Shown: one piece after another, positions 1 to 12,600 of the stretch
Layout: each line of letters begins with the position of its first letter
Numbering within the stretch: position 1 is the first letter of the stretch
Source of the DNA: Camelus ferus
Lineage: Eukaryota
Length of the DNA stretch: 64,000 bases
Direction of reading: 5' to 3'
NCBI RefSeq assembly: GCF_009834535.1
Contig: NC_045696.1
Location: forward strand, 73,658,001 to 73,722,000
Translations under genes and position numbers: made by a program
Notes under the pieces: model-generated
Databases searched by the model: none
Told to the model about the DNA's origin: nothing
Seen by the model: the letters and a program-made list of their open reading frames with translations, nothing else

Positions 1-689
1 TGTTAAGGAAAGGCTCCAAGATAACCACAGCATCTAGAAAGAAAGACATCCCAGAAAGAAGAGAGCTAGAGAGGAGTGTACCAAATTCTGTGTGTGAACT
101 CTGCCCAAATCTCTGGCTTACTCTTGAATAATATTTGCACAGGGCAAATTCCAATCAGCCCAGAAAAGGCTAGAAGAACTGAAATAAAACTTCAGCTATT
201 GCTCTCTATAGGAAAGACCAAATTTTCAATCTGAGCTATGCCAAACTGAAAAAACAAAAGAAATATCTTCAAAAAATGAATGATATAATAGGAGTGATGT
301 TACCAAAAATGGCAGAGAACTCCAAAGCTCCATCCCACCATTAAAGCAATGATTAAGCTGACAAAAAAAAATGTCAAAATCAACTTTTTCAGAACTCTGG
401 AATCTAATCAAAACCTTACAGCATCCAAGAGAACACTTAATGAGGAAAAGAACTACTGAATTTTGGTAAGAGAGGGTTGTGGCATTTTATCTTACTCACC
501 TAAAATCTCCCACCCTCTAGCTCAGGTGGCAATCATGAAGATGGTTGTCCAGATTCCTGGTGCACTTTGATGATGTCAGAGAGAGCAATACAGACATTAT
601 TCTCAAAAAATTGTGGCTATGTGTTTTGACCTATCCAGTGGCTCCCTGAGTGATAAGCTCAGGGACTTCTTTACTCCCTCCCTACTCCC

Positions 690-1384
690 GCACACTTTGG
701 AGCTTTCTCAGTGATAAAGAGTGGTGGGAATATAAAATTGTGCAGCTCCTTTGGAAAATAGTTTGGGAGTTGCTCAAAAAATTAAATAAAGAATTAACAC
801 ATAACAAAATAATTCCACTCCCACTGTATATATATATATATTTATATTTTTATATATATATAAAAAACAGGTATTCAAACAAAAACTTGTACATTAATAT
901 TTCTAGCAGCACTATTCACAGTAGTGAAAACGTAGAAATAACCCCAATATCCAGCAACTGATGAATGGATAAACAAAATGTGTCATATCCACATAATGGA
1001 ATATTATTCAGACATAAAAAAAGAATGAAGTACTCATACATGCTACAACATGGATTCACCTTGAAAACATAATGCTAAATGAAAGAAGCTAGACACAAAA
1101 GGTCAGGTATTGTATTATTCATATTATTTATATGACATATCAAGTGTAAGAAAAACCATAGAGAAAGAATGCAGATTAGTGATTTCCAGGGGTTGGGGCC
1201 AGGGAGGAATGGGAAGTGAGTGATCAACTAGTGCTGGTTTCCTTTTGGGGTAATGAAAATGTTCTAGAACAAGACAGTGGTGATAGTTACACAATATTAT
1301 GAATGAAGTAAAAGCAAATGAACTGTACACTTTAAAATGGTTAAAATGGTGAATTGCACGGTTTATGAATTTTATCACAATTTA
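690..1384 (+). mobile_element. Old L1 3' end (L1MB/L1MC-like) with internal (TA)n
   Basis: Typical L1 ORF2-end/3'UTR motifs: GGTGGGAATATAAAATTG, GATGAATGGATAAACAAAATG, ATGCTAAATGAAAGAAG, GAACTGTACACTTTAAAATGG. No open frame. Boundaries approximate. Confidence 0.75.
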
Positions 1385-2412
1385 TTAGAACTAACGAGTT
1401 AAGTAATGTTGCAGGATATAAATCAATATACAAAAATCTATTGTGTTTCTATACACTAATAACGAACTACCAGAAAGAGAAATTTTTTTTAAATCCCATT
1501 TACAATTACATCAAAAAGAATAAAATATCTAGAAGTATATTTAACCAAGGAGCTGAAAGTCCTGTATACTGAAAACTACTAGATATTAAGGAAAGAAGTG
1601 GAAGAAGACACAAATAGATTTTAAAATACCCCATGTTCATGGATCAGAATTAATACTGTTAAAATGTCCATACTACCCAAAGCAACCCCACAGATTCAGT
1701 GCAATCCCTATCAAAATTCCAATGGTATTTCTTAAGAAAATAGAAGAAACCATCTTAAAATCTATCTGAAACCACAAAAGACTACAAACAGCCAAAGCAA
1801 TCTTGAGAAAAACAAAGCTGTAAGCATCCCATTTCCTGATTTCAAGCTATATTATAAAGCTTATATTTAATAACAATAATTAAAACAGTATATGGTATTG
1901 GCATAAAAATAGACACAGATCAAAGGAGCAGAACAGAGAATCCAAAAATAAACCTATACATGTATGGTCCATTAATTTACAACAAAGGAGCCAAGAATAT
2001 CAATAAGGAAAGAATAGTCTACTCAATAAATGGTGTTGGGAAACCTGAACAACCACTTGCAAAAGAATGAAACTGGATTATTACCTTACAACATGCACAG
2101 AAACTAATTCAAAATGGATTAAGAACTTGAACTTAAGACCTGAAACCATAAAATTCCTGGAAGAAAACATAGGTGGTAAACTCCTTTACACAGGTCTTGG
2201 TGATGATCTTTTTTAATCTTACACCAAAAGTAAAAGCAACAAAAACAATAATAAACAAGTAGGACTATATAACACTAAAAAGCTTCTGCACAGTAACGGA
2301 AACCGTCAACAAAATTAACAGACAACCTACCTAATGGGAGAAGATATTTGCAAATGATATATCAAATAAGGGGTTAATATCCAAAATATATAAAGAACTC
2401 ATACAACTCAAT

Positions 2413-2446
<34 letters not shown>

Positions 2447-2473
2447 AATAATCTGCTTTAAAAATGGGTAGAA
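1385..2473 (+). mobile_element. Older L1, degenerate ORF2 3' half (host of the young L1, left part)
   Basis: Collinear with 8310-9355 of the young L1 (CCCATGTTCATGGAT, GCAATCCCTATCAAAATTCCAATGG, AAAAGCTTCTGCACAG). Continues seamlessly at 10302 once the insert is removed. Confidence 0.85.
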
Positions 2474-3600
2474 AGAGAGGCCAAGATGGCGGAGCAGTAG
2501 GACACCCATAGCTCACCCTCTCCCACAGAAACAACAAGACTCACATCTACGGGCCCACTCAGCCATCCAGAGCACCTTCAGAACTCTGACAGAACATTGT
2601 CCTCTTCAAAAGACAAAGACGCCAAAAATCTGGTAGAAAAAAGGAAAAGAAAAAAAAAAGGAAGACAAAAAGGCTGAACAGTGCCGAACCGGTCCCGCAG
2701 GGAGGGAGCGACAAAGGACGACTGGCGCTGGCTGGCTGGGTCTCCCCCTCTCCAACAGAGAGACCAGCGGGACGGAGGGGGAGCCTCTGAGGCTCGGATC
2801 TGTACAGAGCAGCCCTTGACCGACAGAACTGAGTTAAATGGGCACAAAGGGTCCCCACGACACCCAGCCTGAGTCACCAGCCGGCAGCTGGGGCCGGGGC
2901 AGGCGGCCCGAGCGGGGCAGAGGTCCGGGGCGGCTGCACTGAGGCAGCCCCGGGGGACTGCAGGAGGCTGCGCGCCATGGCTGGGAGGGGATATGGAGCA
3001 GAACAACCTCGGTACCCCATAAATTGCGAAAAAAGCAAAGCAACACGGCTGGTGTGCCCTGTGGTGAAGGGCACCATAGTCTTTGTCACCTCAGACATTT
3101 ACCGCCATAACTGGCACTTCTCCTGAGAACAGAGGTGGGGCTAAGCCACAGCCGCCATATTCTCCTGTGCACAGCGCCGGGGCGGGGGTGGGGCTGAGAC
3201 CTGAATCCACACCCGGGGGCTCTGCAACCTCCTAGGCAGGAGTGAGACTTGTTTGCAGCCTGAGTCAGATAGGATCCTCCCACCCAGGTGCTTCACAAAG
3301 TTCACGCTGCCAGAACAAACAAGGAGCTGAGTTTGGACACAGAGCAGGGGCGGTGCTGTTCTACAGTCTTTCCGGACCCGCCAGCGGAGTGCCGACCAGG
3401 GGCAGAGCGGGCGGCAGCCTGGAGCAACCGGCACCGGGAGACGGTGGATGGCCCCTAGCCTTTCCGGCAGGAACTCTGTGCGGGGAGGGGGCGCAATCTG
3501 CTTGCCAAAGGCACTGGGAGCAGCACAGACAAGGGCGCCAACAGAGGGCCTCGGGAAACAACAAGCCGAGCTCACGAAACAGGGCGAAGACAGAAAGACT
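2474..3600 (+). promoter_or_regulatory. L1 internal promoter: CpG-rich 5'UTR with YY1 motif
   Basis: CAAGATGGCGG at 2482-2492, a few bases from the element start as in other mammalian L1s. Many intact CpGs. Confidence 0.8.
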
Positions 3601-3719
3601 TCTCATTAAGAGCACACAGTCTCCAGAACACCCCCTCCCCTTTTTAGTTTTTTTTAAATCTGTTTTTGCCTGTTGTATTTTCTGTTACCTTTTTGATTTT
3701 TGCTTTTTAACCACTTGTA

Positions 3720-4780
3720 TATCCACCCAGTTTTGGTCCCTTTTGAATTTTTCCTTTTAAAATGGTATGGTTGTTATTTTGAAAGATCCATGTTGTGTCA
3801 TTTTTCTCTCTCTTGGTTTTGATCCCCTGTTGTTGATTGTACACAGGTTTCAAATGTGTTTTTTCCTCTTTTGTCCTATTTTGGAGCTTTTTGGGAGACG
3901 TCTCAACACGAATGCTGTTCTGCTTTAACTTACTCTTCAGTTGTTCATTGTACACTGTTTTCAGGCTTTTTTTTTCCTCCCCTTTTTCGGAATTCTCTCT
4001 TTATCATATCTTTTTTTTATTTTTTTTGTCTATTCTATTTTTTATTACATTAATGATTTCTAATTTCTGGAAGGTTGTGTATGCTTCTAGTTTTGGTTCC
4101 TTTTTGAATTTTTCTTTGTAGACAATTGTGTGTGCTTCTAGTTTTGATTCCTTTTGGGTTTCTCTCTTAACGTAGTTATATTTTTTAAAGAGAATCCACT
4201 TGATTGCATTTTCACTTCTTTTGGGTTTGATCTGTTCTTGATTGTAAATGGGTTTCAGGTGTCATTTTTTGATCTTTTTTACTTTTTTTTTGAGGGTTTT
4301 TAAAAAGATCTCAATCTGAATGCTAGTCTAATTCAAATTGCTCTTCTATAATCAACTATACACTATATTCAGGCCTTTTTTTCTCCCTTCTCTTAAAATA
4401 TCTATTTTATCGTATTTTTTATCTGTTCAATTTTCTATTCTTTTTAATTTTTACTTCTAGTTTTAATTTCTTTTTAAATTTGTCTATTAAATTAGTTATA
4501 TTATTTTTTTAAAAAAAAACATAATCTACCTGATTTCATTTTCATTCTTTTGGTTTTGCTCTCCTGTTATAGATTATAAATAGGTTTCAAATATTGTTTT
4601 TGGATCTTTCTTTTTTTTTTTTTTAAGGGATTTTAGGAAAAAAAAAAGACGTCTCAACTCAAAAGCTAGTCCAATTCAAATTGCGCTTCTATAATTGATT
4701 ATACGTTGTTTTCAAACCTTTTTTTCTCCCTTCTTTTAAAATTCTTTCTCTCTTTCCTTTTTTTTTTTTTCTTTTACTTT
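3720..4780. repeat. Three diverged ~340-410 bp T-rich tandem units in the L1 5'UTR
   Basis: Recurring anchors TCTCAA...GCT (3901, 4309, 4652), GGTTTCA and TTTTG(A/C)TC in the same order in each unit. Confidence 0.75.
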
Positions 4781-4882
4781 TTAAGTTTATTCCTACATAG
4801 GCATTAGATAGATAAATAAATAAACTCCTTTAAGGACCACAATATATAACTGATACTCAATAAGCCACAGTGCCAGAGAGAT

Positions 4883-5788
4883 ATGAGCAAGATGAAGAAG
4901 CAGAGAAACCACTCCCAATTAAAAGAACAAGAGAAATCCCCTGAAAGAACAATCAATGAAATAGACATCAATAGCCTACTAGATCAAGATTTCAAGAAAG
5001 GATTGATCAAAGTATTGAATGAACTAAAAAAAGAGATAGTGTTTAGAGATATAAAATATGTCAAACATGAAATAGAAGCTACAAAGAAGAACCAAGCAGA
5101 ATTAGTAAACTCATTTGCTGAGATGAGAACAAATCTAAAGGCTGTGCAAAGCAGAGTAGATAATGCAGAGGAATGAATTAGTGACCTAGAAAACAGAACA
5201 ACAGAAAGCACCCAATCAGAACAACTGCAAGATAAACAAATAAAAACAAATGAAAGCAACATAAGGGACCTATGGGATAATATAAACCGTGCCAATCTTC
5301 ACATAATAAGGGTCCCAGAAGGGGAAGAAAGAACAAAGGGGATTGAAAAGGTTTTTGAAGAAATCATGAATGAAAACTTCCCAACCTTAAAGAAGGAATC
5401 AGATATCCAAATACATGAAGCTCAAAGGGTCCCAAACAGGAAGAACCCAAACAGACCTACACCAAGACATATCATAATCAAGATGGCCAGAGTCAAGGAT
5501 AAAGACATGATCCTAAGGGCAGGAAGAGAAAAGCAAAGAGTGAGTTACAAGGGAACCCTCATGTGGCTCTCAGCTGATTTCTCTACACAAACACTACAGG
5601 CCAGAAGGGAGGGGCAAGATATATTCACAGTCCTGAATGAAAAAGAGATGCAGACTAGGATACTTTATCCAGCAAGGCTATCCTTTAGGATAGAAGGAGA
5701 CATAAAGAATTTCACAGACAAGCAAAAACTACAAGAGTTTAGCAACACTAAACCCATGCTGAAAGAAATATTGAAAGGTCTACTCTAA
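4883..5788 (+). pseudogene. L1 ORF1p, interrupted by one in-frame TGA at 5174-5176
   Basis: ORFs 4883-5176 and 5366-5788 share a frame and the gap reads open (ISDLENR...RDLWDNINRANLHII). Motifs AQRVP, TPRHII, SADFS, YPARLSF. Confidence 0.93.
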
Positions 5789-6164
5789 ATAGAAAAGCAG
5801 CAGGATGCTACAGAAATGAGAAACTCATAACTGGAAAGGTGATAACTCATGAATTACAAATAAACACGAAATTGTAAAAGAAGACATTTAAATCATTAAG
5901 AGTGGGATAGGGAAGCAAGAAAATATAGTTTTTTTCTTTCTTTCTTACTTTTTTTTAAATTTTTTGTTTTTGGTAGGATGGGTTCAAGACATAGTAATGG
6001 GCTAATAGACTTACAGAAGAGGGTAACCACATCCAAACACTTACAAGGGAGTCACAAAAACTAAATAAAATCCATGATAATACAAAGGAAGATTACCAAA
6101 CCACAAAAGGAAGAAGAAAGGAACAAAGTGGGAATACCAAATCAACTGCAAAGCTAAGTTCAAA

Positions 6165-9100
6165 ATGGCAATAAACACACATCTATCATAATTACTGTAA
6201 ATGTTAATGGACTAAATGCTCCAGTGAAAAGACATAGAGTGGCAGACTGGATAATAAAGCAAGACCCTTCAATATGCTGCATACAAGAGACCCACTTTAG
6301 GGAGAAGGACACATATAGATTGAGAGTGAAAGGATGGAAAAGGATATTCCATGCAAATGGAAAAACCAAAAAAGCAGGTGTTGCAGTACTGACTTCAGAC
6401 AAAATAGACTTTAAAACAAAGGTCATAAAGAAAGATAAAGAAGGACATTTTATAATGATCAAAGGAGTGATACAACATGAGGATATTACACTCGTTAATA
6501 TATATGCACCCAATATAGGAGCACCTAAGTACATAAAACAATTACTAACAGAGATAAAGGGGGATGTTGATGGGAATACAATCATAAATGGAGATTTTAA
6601 CACCACATTAACATCACTAGACAGATCTTCCGGACAGAAAATAAATAAGGCAACAGAGAAACTAAATAATACAATAGAAAAATTAGACTTGGTGGATATT
6701 TTCAGAGCAATATACCCCCCAAAAATAGAATATACATTCTTTTCAAGCCACATGGAACATTTTCCAGGATTGATCATGTACTTGGGCACAAAAGAAACCT
6801 CAGCAATTTTAAGAAGATAGAAATTATCTCAAGCATCTTTACTGACCACAATGCCATGAAACTAAAAATCAACAACAGAGAAACAAAGGAGAAAAAAGGA
6901 AAGCATGGAGATTAAACAATATGCTATTAAAAAACCAATGGGTCAATGAGGAAATCAAAGCTGAAATTAAAAAATACCTTGAGACAAATGAAAATGAAAG
7001 CACAACCACACAAAATTTATGGGACACAGCAAAGGCAGTGCTCAGAGGGAAGTTTATAGTGATACAGGCCTTCCTCAAAAAGAAGAACAATCTCAAATAA
7101 ACAATTTAACCCACCAGCTGAATGAACTAGAAAAAGAAAAACAAAAAAACCCAAAAGGCAGCAGAAGGAAGGAAATTATAAAGATCAGGGAGGAAATAAA
7201 TAAAATAGAGATTAAAAAGACCATAGAAAAAAATCAATCAAACCAAAAGCTCGTTTTTTGAAGAAGTAAATAAAATCGATAAACCTCTGGCCAAAATCAC
7301 AAAGAAGAAAAAAGAGAGAGCACAAATTAGCAAAATAAGAAAGGATGATGGAGAAATTACAACAAATAAAATAGAAATACAGAATATCATATAAGAATAT
7401 TATGAAAAACTGTATGTAACCAAACTGGATAACCTAGAGAAGATGAGCAAGTTTCTGGAAACATACTGTCCACCAAGACTGAATCAAGAAGAAGCTGACC
7501 ACTTGAACAAACCGATCACTAGAAATGAAATTGAAATAGCAATTAAAAACCTCCCTACAAATAAAAGTCCAGGACCGGACGGCTTCACCAGGGAATTCTA
7601 CCAAACATACAAAGAAGAACTCATACCAGTCCTTCTCAAACTCTTCCAGAAGACTGAAAAGGAGGGAATACTCCCAAACTCATTCTATGAAGCCACCATC
7701 ACCCTGATACCAAAACCAGGCAAAGACACTACCAAAAAAGAGAATTATAGGCCAATATCACAGATGAAAATAGACGCCAAGATCCTCACCAAAATATTAG
7801 CAAATAGATACCAACAACACATAAAAAAGATTATACATCATGACCAAGTGGGGTTCATCCCAGGGACACAAGGGTGGTTCAACATACGCAAATCAATCAA
7901 TGTAATACATCACATCAACAAGAGAAAGGACAAAAACCACATGATCATCTCAATCGATGCAGAAAAAGCATTTGATAAAATTCAACACCCACTTATGATA
8001 AAAACTCTCACCAAAGCAGGTATAGAGGGGACATATCTCAACATCATAAAAGCTATATATGACAAACCTACAGCCAGCATAGTACTCAACGGTGAAAAAC
8101 TCAAAAGCTTCCCACTAAAATCTGGGACAAGACAAGGATGCCCACTATCACCACTCCTATTCAACATAGTCTTGGAAGTCCTAGCCACAGCAGTCAGGCA
8201 AGAGAGGGAAATAAAAGGGATCCAAATTGGAAAAGAAGTGGTGAATGTGTCACTATATGCCGACGACATGTTACTATATATAGAAAACCCTAAAAAGTCC
8301 ACACAAAGACTACTAGAGCTGATCGAAGAATTCAGCAAGGCAGCAGGTTACAAGATTAACGTTCAAAAATCAGTGTCATTTCTTTACACTAACAATGAAT
8401 CAACAGAAAAAGAAAGTAAAGAAACAATCCCCTTTAAAATAGCACCAAAAGTAATAAAATACCTAAGAATAAACCTAACCAAGGAGGTGAAAGAATTATA
8501 CACAGAAAACTATAAACCATTGATGAGGGAAATTAAAGAAGACTTTAAAAAATGGAAAGATATCCCATGCTCTTGGATTGCAAGAATCAATATTGTTAAA
8601 ATGGTCACACTGCCTAAGGCAATCTACAGATTGAATGCAATCCCTATCAAATTACCCAGGACAAATTTCACAGAACTAAAACAAATCATAATAAAATCTA
8701 GATGGAAACATCAAATACCTAGAATTGCCAAAGCATTACTGAAGAGAAAGAAAGAGGCTGGAGGAATAACTCTCCTAGACTTCAGACAATACTATAGAGC
8801 AACAATCATCAAGACAGCATGGTGTTGGTACAAAAACAGACATATCGACCAATGGAACAGAATAGAGAGTCCAGAAATGAACTCACAAACTTTTGGTCAA
8901 CTCATCTTCGACAAAGGAGGCAAGAATATACAATGGAATAAAGACAGTCTCTTCAGCAAATGGTGTTGGGAAAACTGGACAGCAGCATGTAAAGCAATGA
9001 AGCTAGAACACTCCCTTACACCATACACAAAAATCAACTCAAAATGGATCAAAGACTTAAACATAAGACAAGATACAATAAACCTACTAGAGGAAAATAT

Positions 9101-9959
9101 AGGCAGAACATTATCTGACATACATCTCAAAACTTTTCTCCTAGAAGAAATAAAAGCAAGAATAAACAAATGGGACCTAATGAAACTTACAAGCTTCTGC
9201 ACAGCAAAGGAAACCATAAGTTAAACAAAAAGACAACCTACGGAATGGGAGAAAATCTTTGCAAATGAAACCGAAAAAGGCTTGATCTCCAGGATATATA
9301 AGCAGCTCATACGACTTACTAAGAAACAACCAAACAACCCAATCCAAAAATGGGCAAAAGACCTGAACAAGCAATTCTCCAAGGAAGATATACAAATGAT
9401 CAATAGGCACATGAAAAAATGCTCAATATCACTAATTATCAGAGAAATGCCAATCAAAACTACAATGAGGTATCACCTCACACCAGTCAGAATGGCCATC
9501 ATTCAAAAATCCACAAATGACAAATGCTGGAGAGGCTGTGGAGAAAGGGGAACCCTCCTACACTGCTGGTGGGAATGCAGTTTGGTGCAGCCACTGTAGA
9601 AAACAGTATGGAGATTCCTCAAAAGACTAGGAATAGACCTACCTTATGACCCAGGAATCCCGCTCCTGGGCATATATCCAGAGGGAACCCTACTTCAGGA
9701 TGACATCTGCACCCCAATGTTCATAGCAGCACTATTTACAATAGTCAAGACATGGAAACAGCCTAAATGTCCATCAACAGATGACTGGATAAAGCAGAGG
9801 TGGTATACTTATACAATGGAATACTATTCAGCCATAAAAACCAACAACATAACACCATTTGCAACAATATGGATGCTCCTGGAGAATGTCATTCTAAGTG
9901 AAGTAAGTCAGAAAGAGAAAGAAAAATACCATATGAGATCGCTCATATGTGGAATCTAA
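6165..9959 (+). pseudogene. L1 ORF2p (APE endonuclease, reverse transcriptase, C-terminal domain), disrupted
   Basis: ATG at 6165. EN motifs CCIQETH, NIYAPN, GDFNT. RT motifs [19 protein letters not shown] in the 593-aa ORF 7443-9224. Ends SLICGI*. Frameshifts near 6188 and 6750 and further lesions before 7443; in-frame stops at 9222 and 9597. Confidence 0.95.
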
Positions 9960-10301
9960 AAAACAAAAACAAAAACAAAAAAACAAAGCATAAATACAAA
10001 ACAGAAATAGACTCATAGACATAGAATACAAACTTGTGGTTCAAGGGGGTGGAAGGTGGAAAGGGATAGATGGGATTTCAAAATTGTAGAATAGATAAAC
10101 AAGATTATACTGTATAGCACAGGGAAATATACACAAGATCTTATGGTAGCTCACAGAGAAAAAAATGTGACAATGAATATATATATGCTCATGTATAACT
10201 GAAAAATTGTGCTCTCCACTGGAATTTGACACAACATTGTAAAATGATTATAAATCAATAAAAAAATGTTAAATAAATAAATAAACAAAAAATGGGTAGA
10301 A

Positions 10302-11012
10302 GATCTGAGTAGACAGTTTTCCAAAGAAGGTATACAGTTGGCCAACAGGTACATGAAAAGATTCTCAATATCACATATCATCAGGGAAATGCAAATCAAA
10401 TCCACAATGAGATATCACCTCACACCTTCAAAATGGCTATTATCAAAAAGACAAGAAATTACAAATAATGGCTAGGATGTGGAATAAATGGAACTCTGGT
10501 GCACTGTTGGTAAGAATGAAATTGGTGCAGCCACTATGGAAAACAGAATGGAGGTTCCACAAAAAATTAAAAATAGAATTACCATATGATCCAACAATTC
10601 CACTCCTGGGTAGTTATTAAAGATAACAAAACCATTAATTCAAAAAGACATACGCACTCCCATGTTCACTGCTGTACTAATTACAACAGTGAAGATATGG
10701 AAACAACCTAAGTGTCTAACAATGGATGAATGCATAAAGAAGTTATGGTATGTATATACAATGGACTATTATTCAGTCACAAAGAAGAATGAAATCTTGC
10801 AAGTTGTGACAACATGGTTAGACTTCAAGGGCATTATGCTAAATGAAATAAGTCAGACAAAGGCAAATACTATATGATCTCTCTTATATGGGAAATCAAT
10901 CAATCAACCAAGCTCATAGATACAGAGAACAGATTGGTGGTTGCCAGAGGTGGGGGATTGGGAGTGAGAGAAATGAATGAAGGGAGTTAAAAAGTTAAAA
11001 AAAAAAAAAAAA
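10302..11012 (+). mobile_element. Older L1 ORF2 end and 3'UTR (host, right part)
   Basis: Continues 1385-2473. ORF remnant 10662-10877 (WKQPKC...YTMDYYS). A-run at 10997-11012. Confidence 0.85.
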
Positions 11013-11214
11013 CATAATGGAATCCAGAGTCTTGCCAACATATTTTTCACAATGTCCCAGATACAATCCAAAGTTATTTAATGTATAAAGAAACAGAAAT
11101 CTGTTTTCTCAAGAAAAAACACAGTAAATGAAGTATGACCTCCGGACGACCCAGATGTTGGAATTAGTAGACGATGACTTTAAAGCACTTACAAAACTAT
11201 GCTTAAGGATATCA

Positions 11215-11492
11215 CAGGAACAAATTGGTCTCATTTCTTGCCCTTAACTTGAATTGGCCATAAACACAGTCCCTGGCCAGCAGACTGAAGGCTTTTTCTA
11301 AGATGACAAGGGTCAGCTCAGGAGATGTAGAGGAGGGTGCTTTTATTTTCCTCGTTGTCGTTTAGAGGTTTTGATCTTTTCTGGGTAAAGAGGCCAATTA
11401 CCTTTGTAAACACACAACATTTTTGCTTTCTCCAGTTTTCTGTTCATGGCAAAAGAATGGAAGTGAGTAAAGTTCTACTGATTTTTGAAAAG
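11215..11492 (+). pseudogene. CSDE1: Probable 5'-truncated retrocopy of the distal CSDE1 (UNR) 3'UTR
   Basis: Non-L1 island. GGGTAAAGAGGCC...TTTGTAAACAC..AACATTTTTGCTTTCTCCAGTTTTCTGTT.ATGGC.AAAGAATGGAAG.GA.TAAAGTT.TACTGATTTTTGA matches my recollection of the CSDE1 mRNA end next to the NRAS promoter. Not verified by search. Confidence 0.6.
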
Positions 11493-11509
11493 CAAATTTT
11501 GGGGAATTT

Positions 11510-12600
11510 TTAGATACAAAAGCACAATTCATGAAAGAAAAAATGCTGTTACTAAAGTTTAAAACTTCTGCTCTGTGAAACCGATGGTTAAGACAGTGAA
11601 AATACAAGTCCCAAACTCAGAAAATATTGGCAAAACACATTTCTGATATAAGACTTTTATCCAACATGTACAAAGAACTCTCAAAACTCAACAGTAAAAA
11701 AACAAATAAACCAATTTTAAAAAGACCAAATATCTGAACACTTTACCAAAGAAGATATACAGATATCAAATAAGCAACTGAAAAGATGCTTACATCATAA
11801 GTCATCAGGGAAATGCATATTAAAACAACAATGAGATACTATTACACAACTATTAGAATGGCCAAAATCCAGAATACTAACAGGACCAAATGCTGGCTTG
11901 GATGTGGAGCAACAAGAACTCATTAACTGCTGATGAAAATGTAAGAGCCACTTTGGAAGCCAGTTTGGCAGTTTCTTACAAAAGTAAACATACTTTTATC
12001 ATATGATCCAACCATCACTCTCCTTGGTATTTACTCAAATAAATAAAAAACTCTCTCTACACAAAAACCTGCACATAGGTGTTTATAGCAGCTTTTATAT
12101 AATTGCCAAAACTTGGAAGCAACAAAGATGTCCCACAGTAAGTGAATACATCCAAACAATGGAATATTATTCAGCCCTAAAAAGAAATAGGTTAGCAAGA
12201 CATAAGACATGGAGGAACCTTAATGCACATTACTTAGTGAAAGAATTCAATCTGAAAAGGCACAAAGTCCAACTATTTGACTTTATGGAGACAGTAAAAA
12301 GGTCAGTGGTTGCCAGGGGTTGACAGGGTGGGATGAATACATGGAGTACAGAGGACTTTTTAGAGCAGTGAAATACTCTGTGTGATACCATAATGATGGA
12401 CACATGTCAGTAAACATTTGTTCAAACCCATGGAATGTGTAACACCAAGAGTTAGCTGTTATATAAACTATGGATTTTGGGTGATTATGACATGTCATTT
12501 GTAGGTTCAGCATTTGTTAACAAATGTACTTTTCTGGTGGGGGATATCGATAATAAGGAAGGATATGTATGAGTAGGGAAAGGGGTATATGGAAAATCTC
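11510..12600 (+). mobile_element. Old L1 ORF2 end/3'UTR (L1MC/MD-like)
   Basis: AAAACTTCTGCTCTGTGAAA, AACAATGAGATACTATTACAC, TGGAATATTATTCAGCC, GTAACACCAAGAGT...AAACTATGGA motifs. Confidence 0.75.

Larger units (their letters stand above)
2474..10287 (+). mobile_element. Full-length young LINE-1 (~7.8 kb)
   Basis: CpG-rich 5'UTR, ORF1, spacer, ORF2 (EN-RT-C), 3'UTR with AATAAA and A-rich tail. TSD AAAAATGGGTAGAA at 2460-2473 and 10288-10301. Pre-insertion site TTT/AAAAA fits the L1 endonuclease consensus. Confidence 0.96.

Noticed and set aside
2559..3760. Many overlapping ORFs in the L1 5'UTR (possible ORF0 analogue)
   Set aside because: Expected in GC-rich, stop-poor DNA. Mostly non-ATG starts and no recognisable domain.
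6160..9457. Antisense ORFs (209, 118, 106 aa) over L1 ORF2
   Set aside because: Well-known shadow frames of L1 coding sequence.
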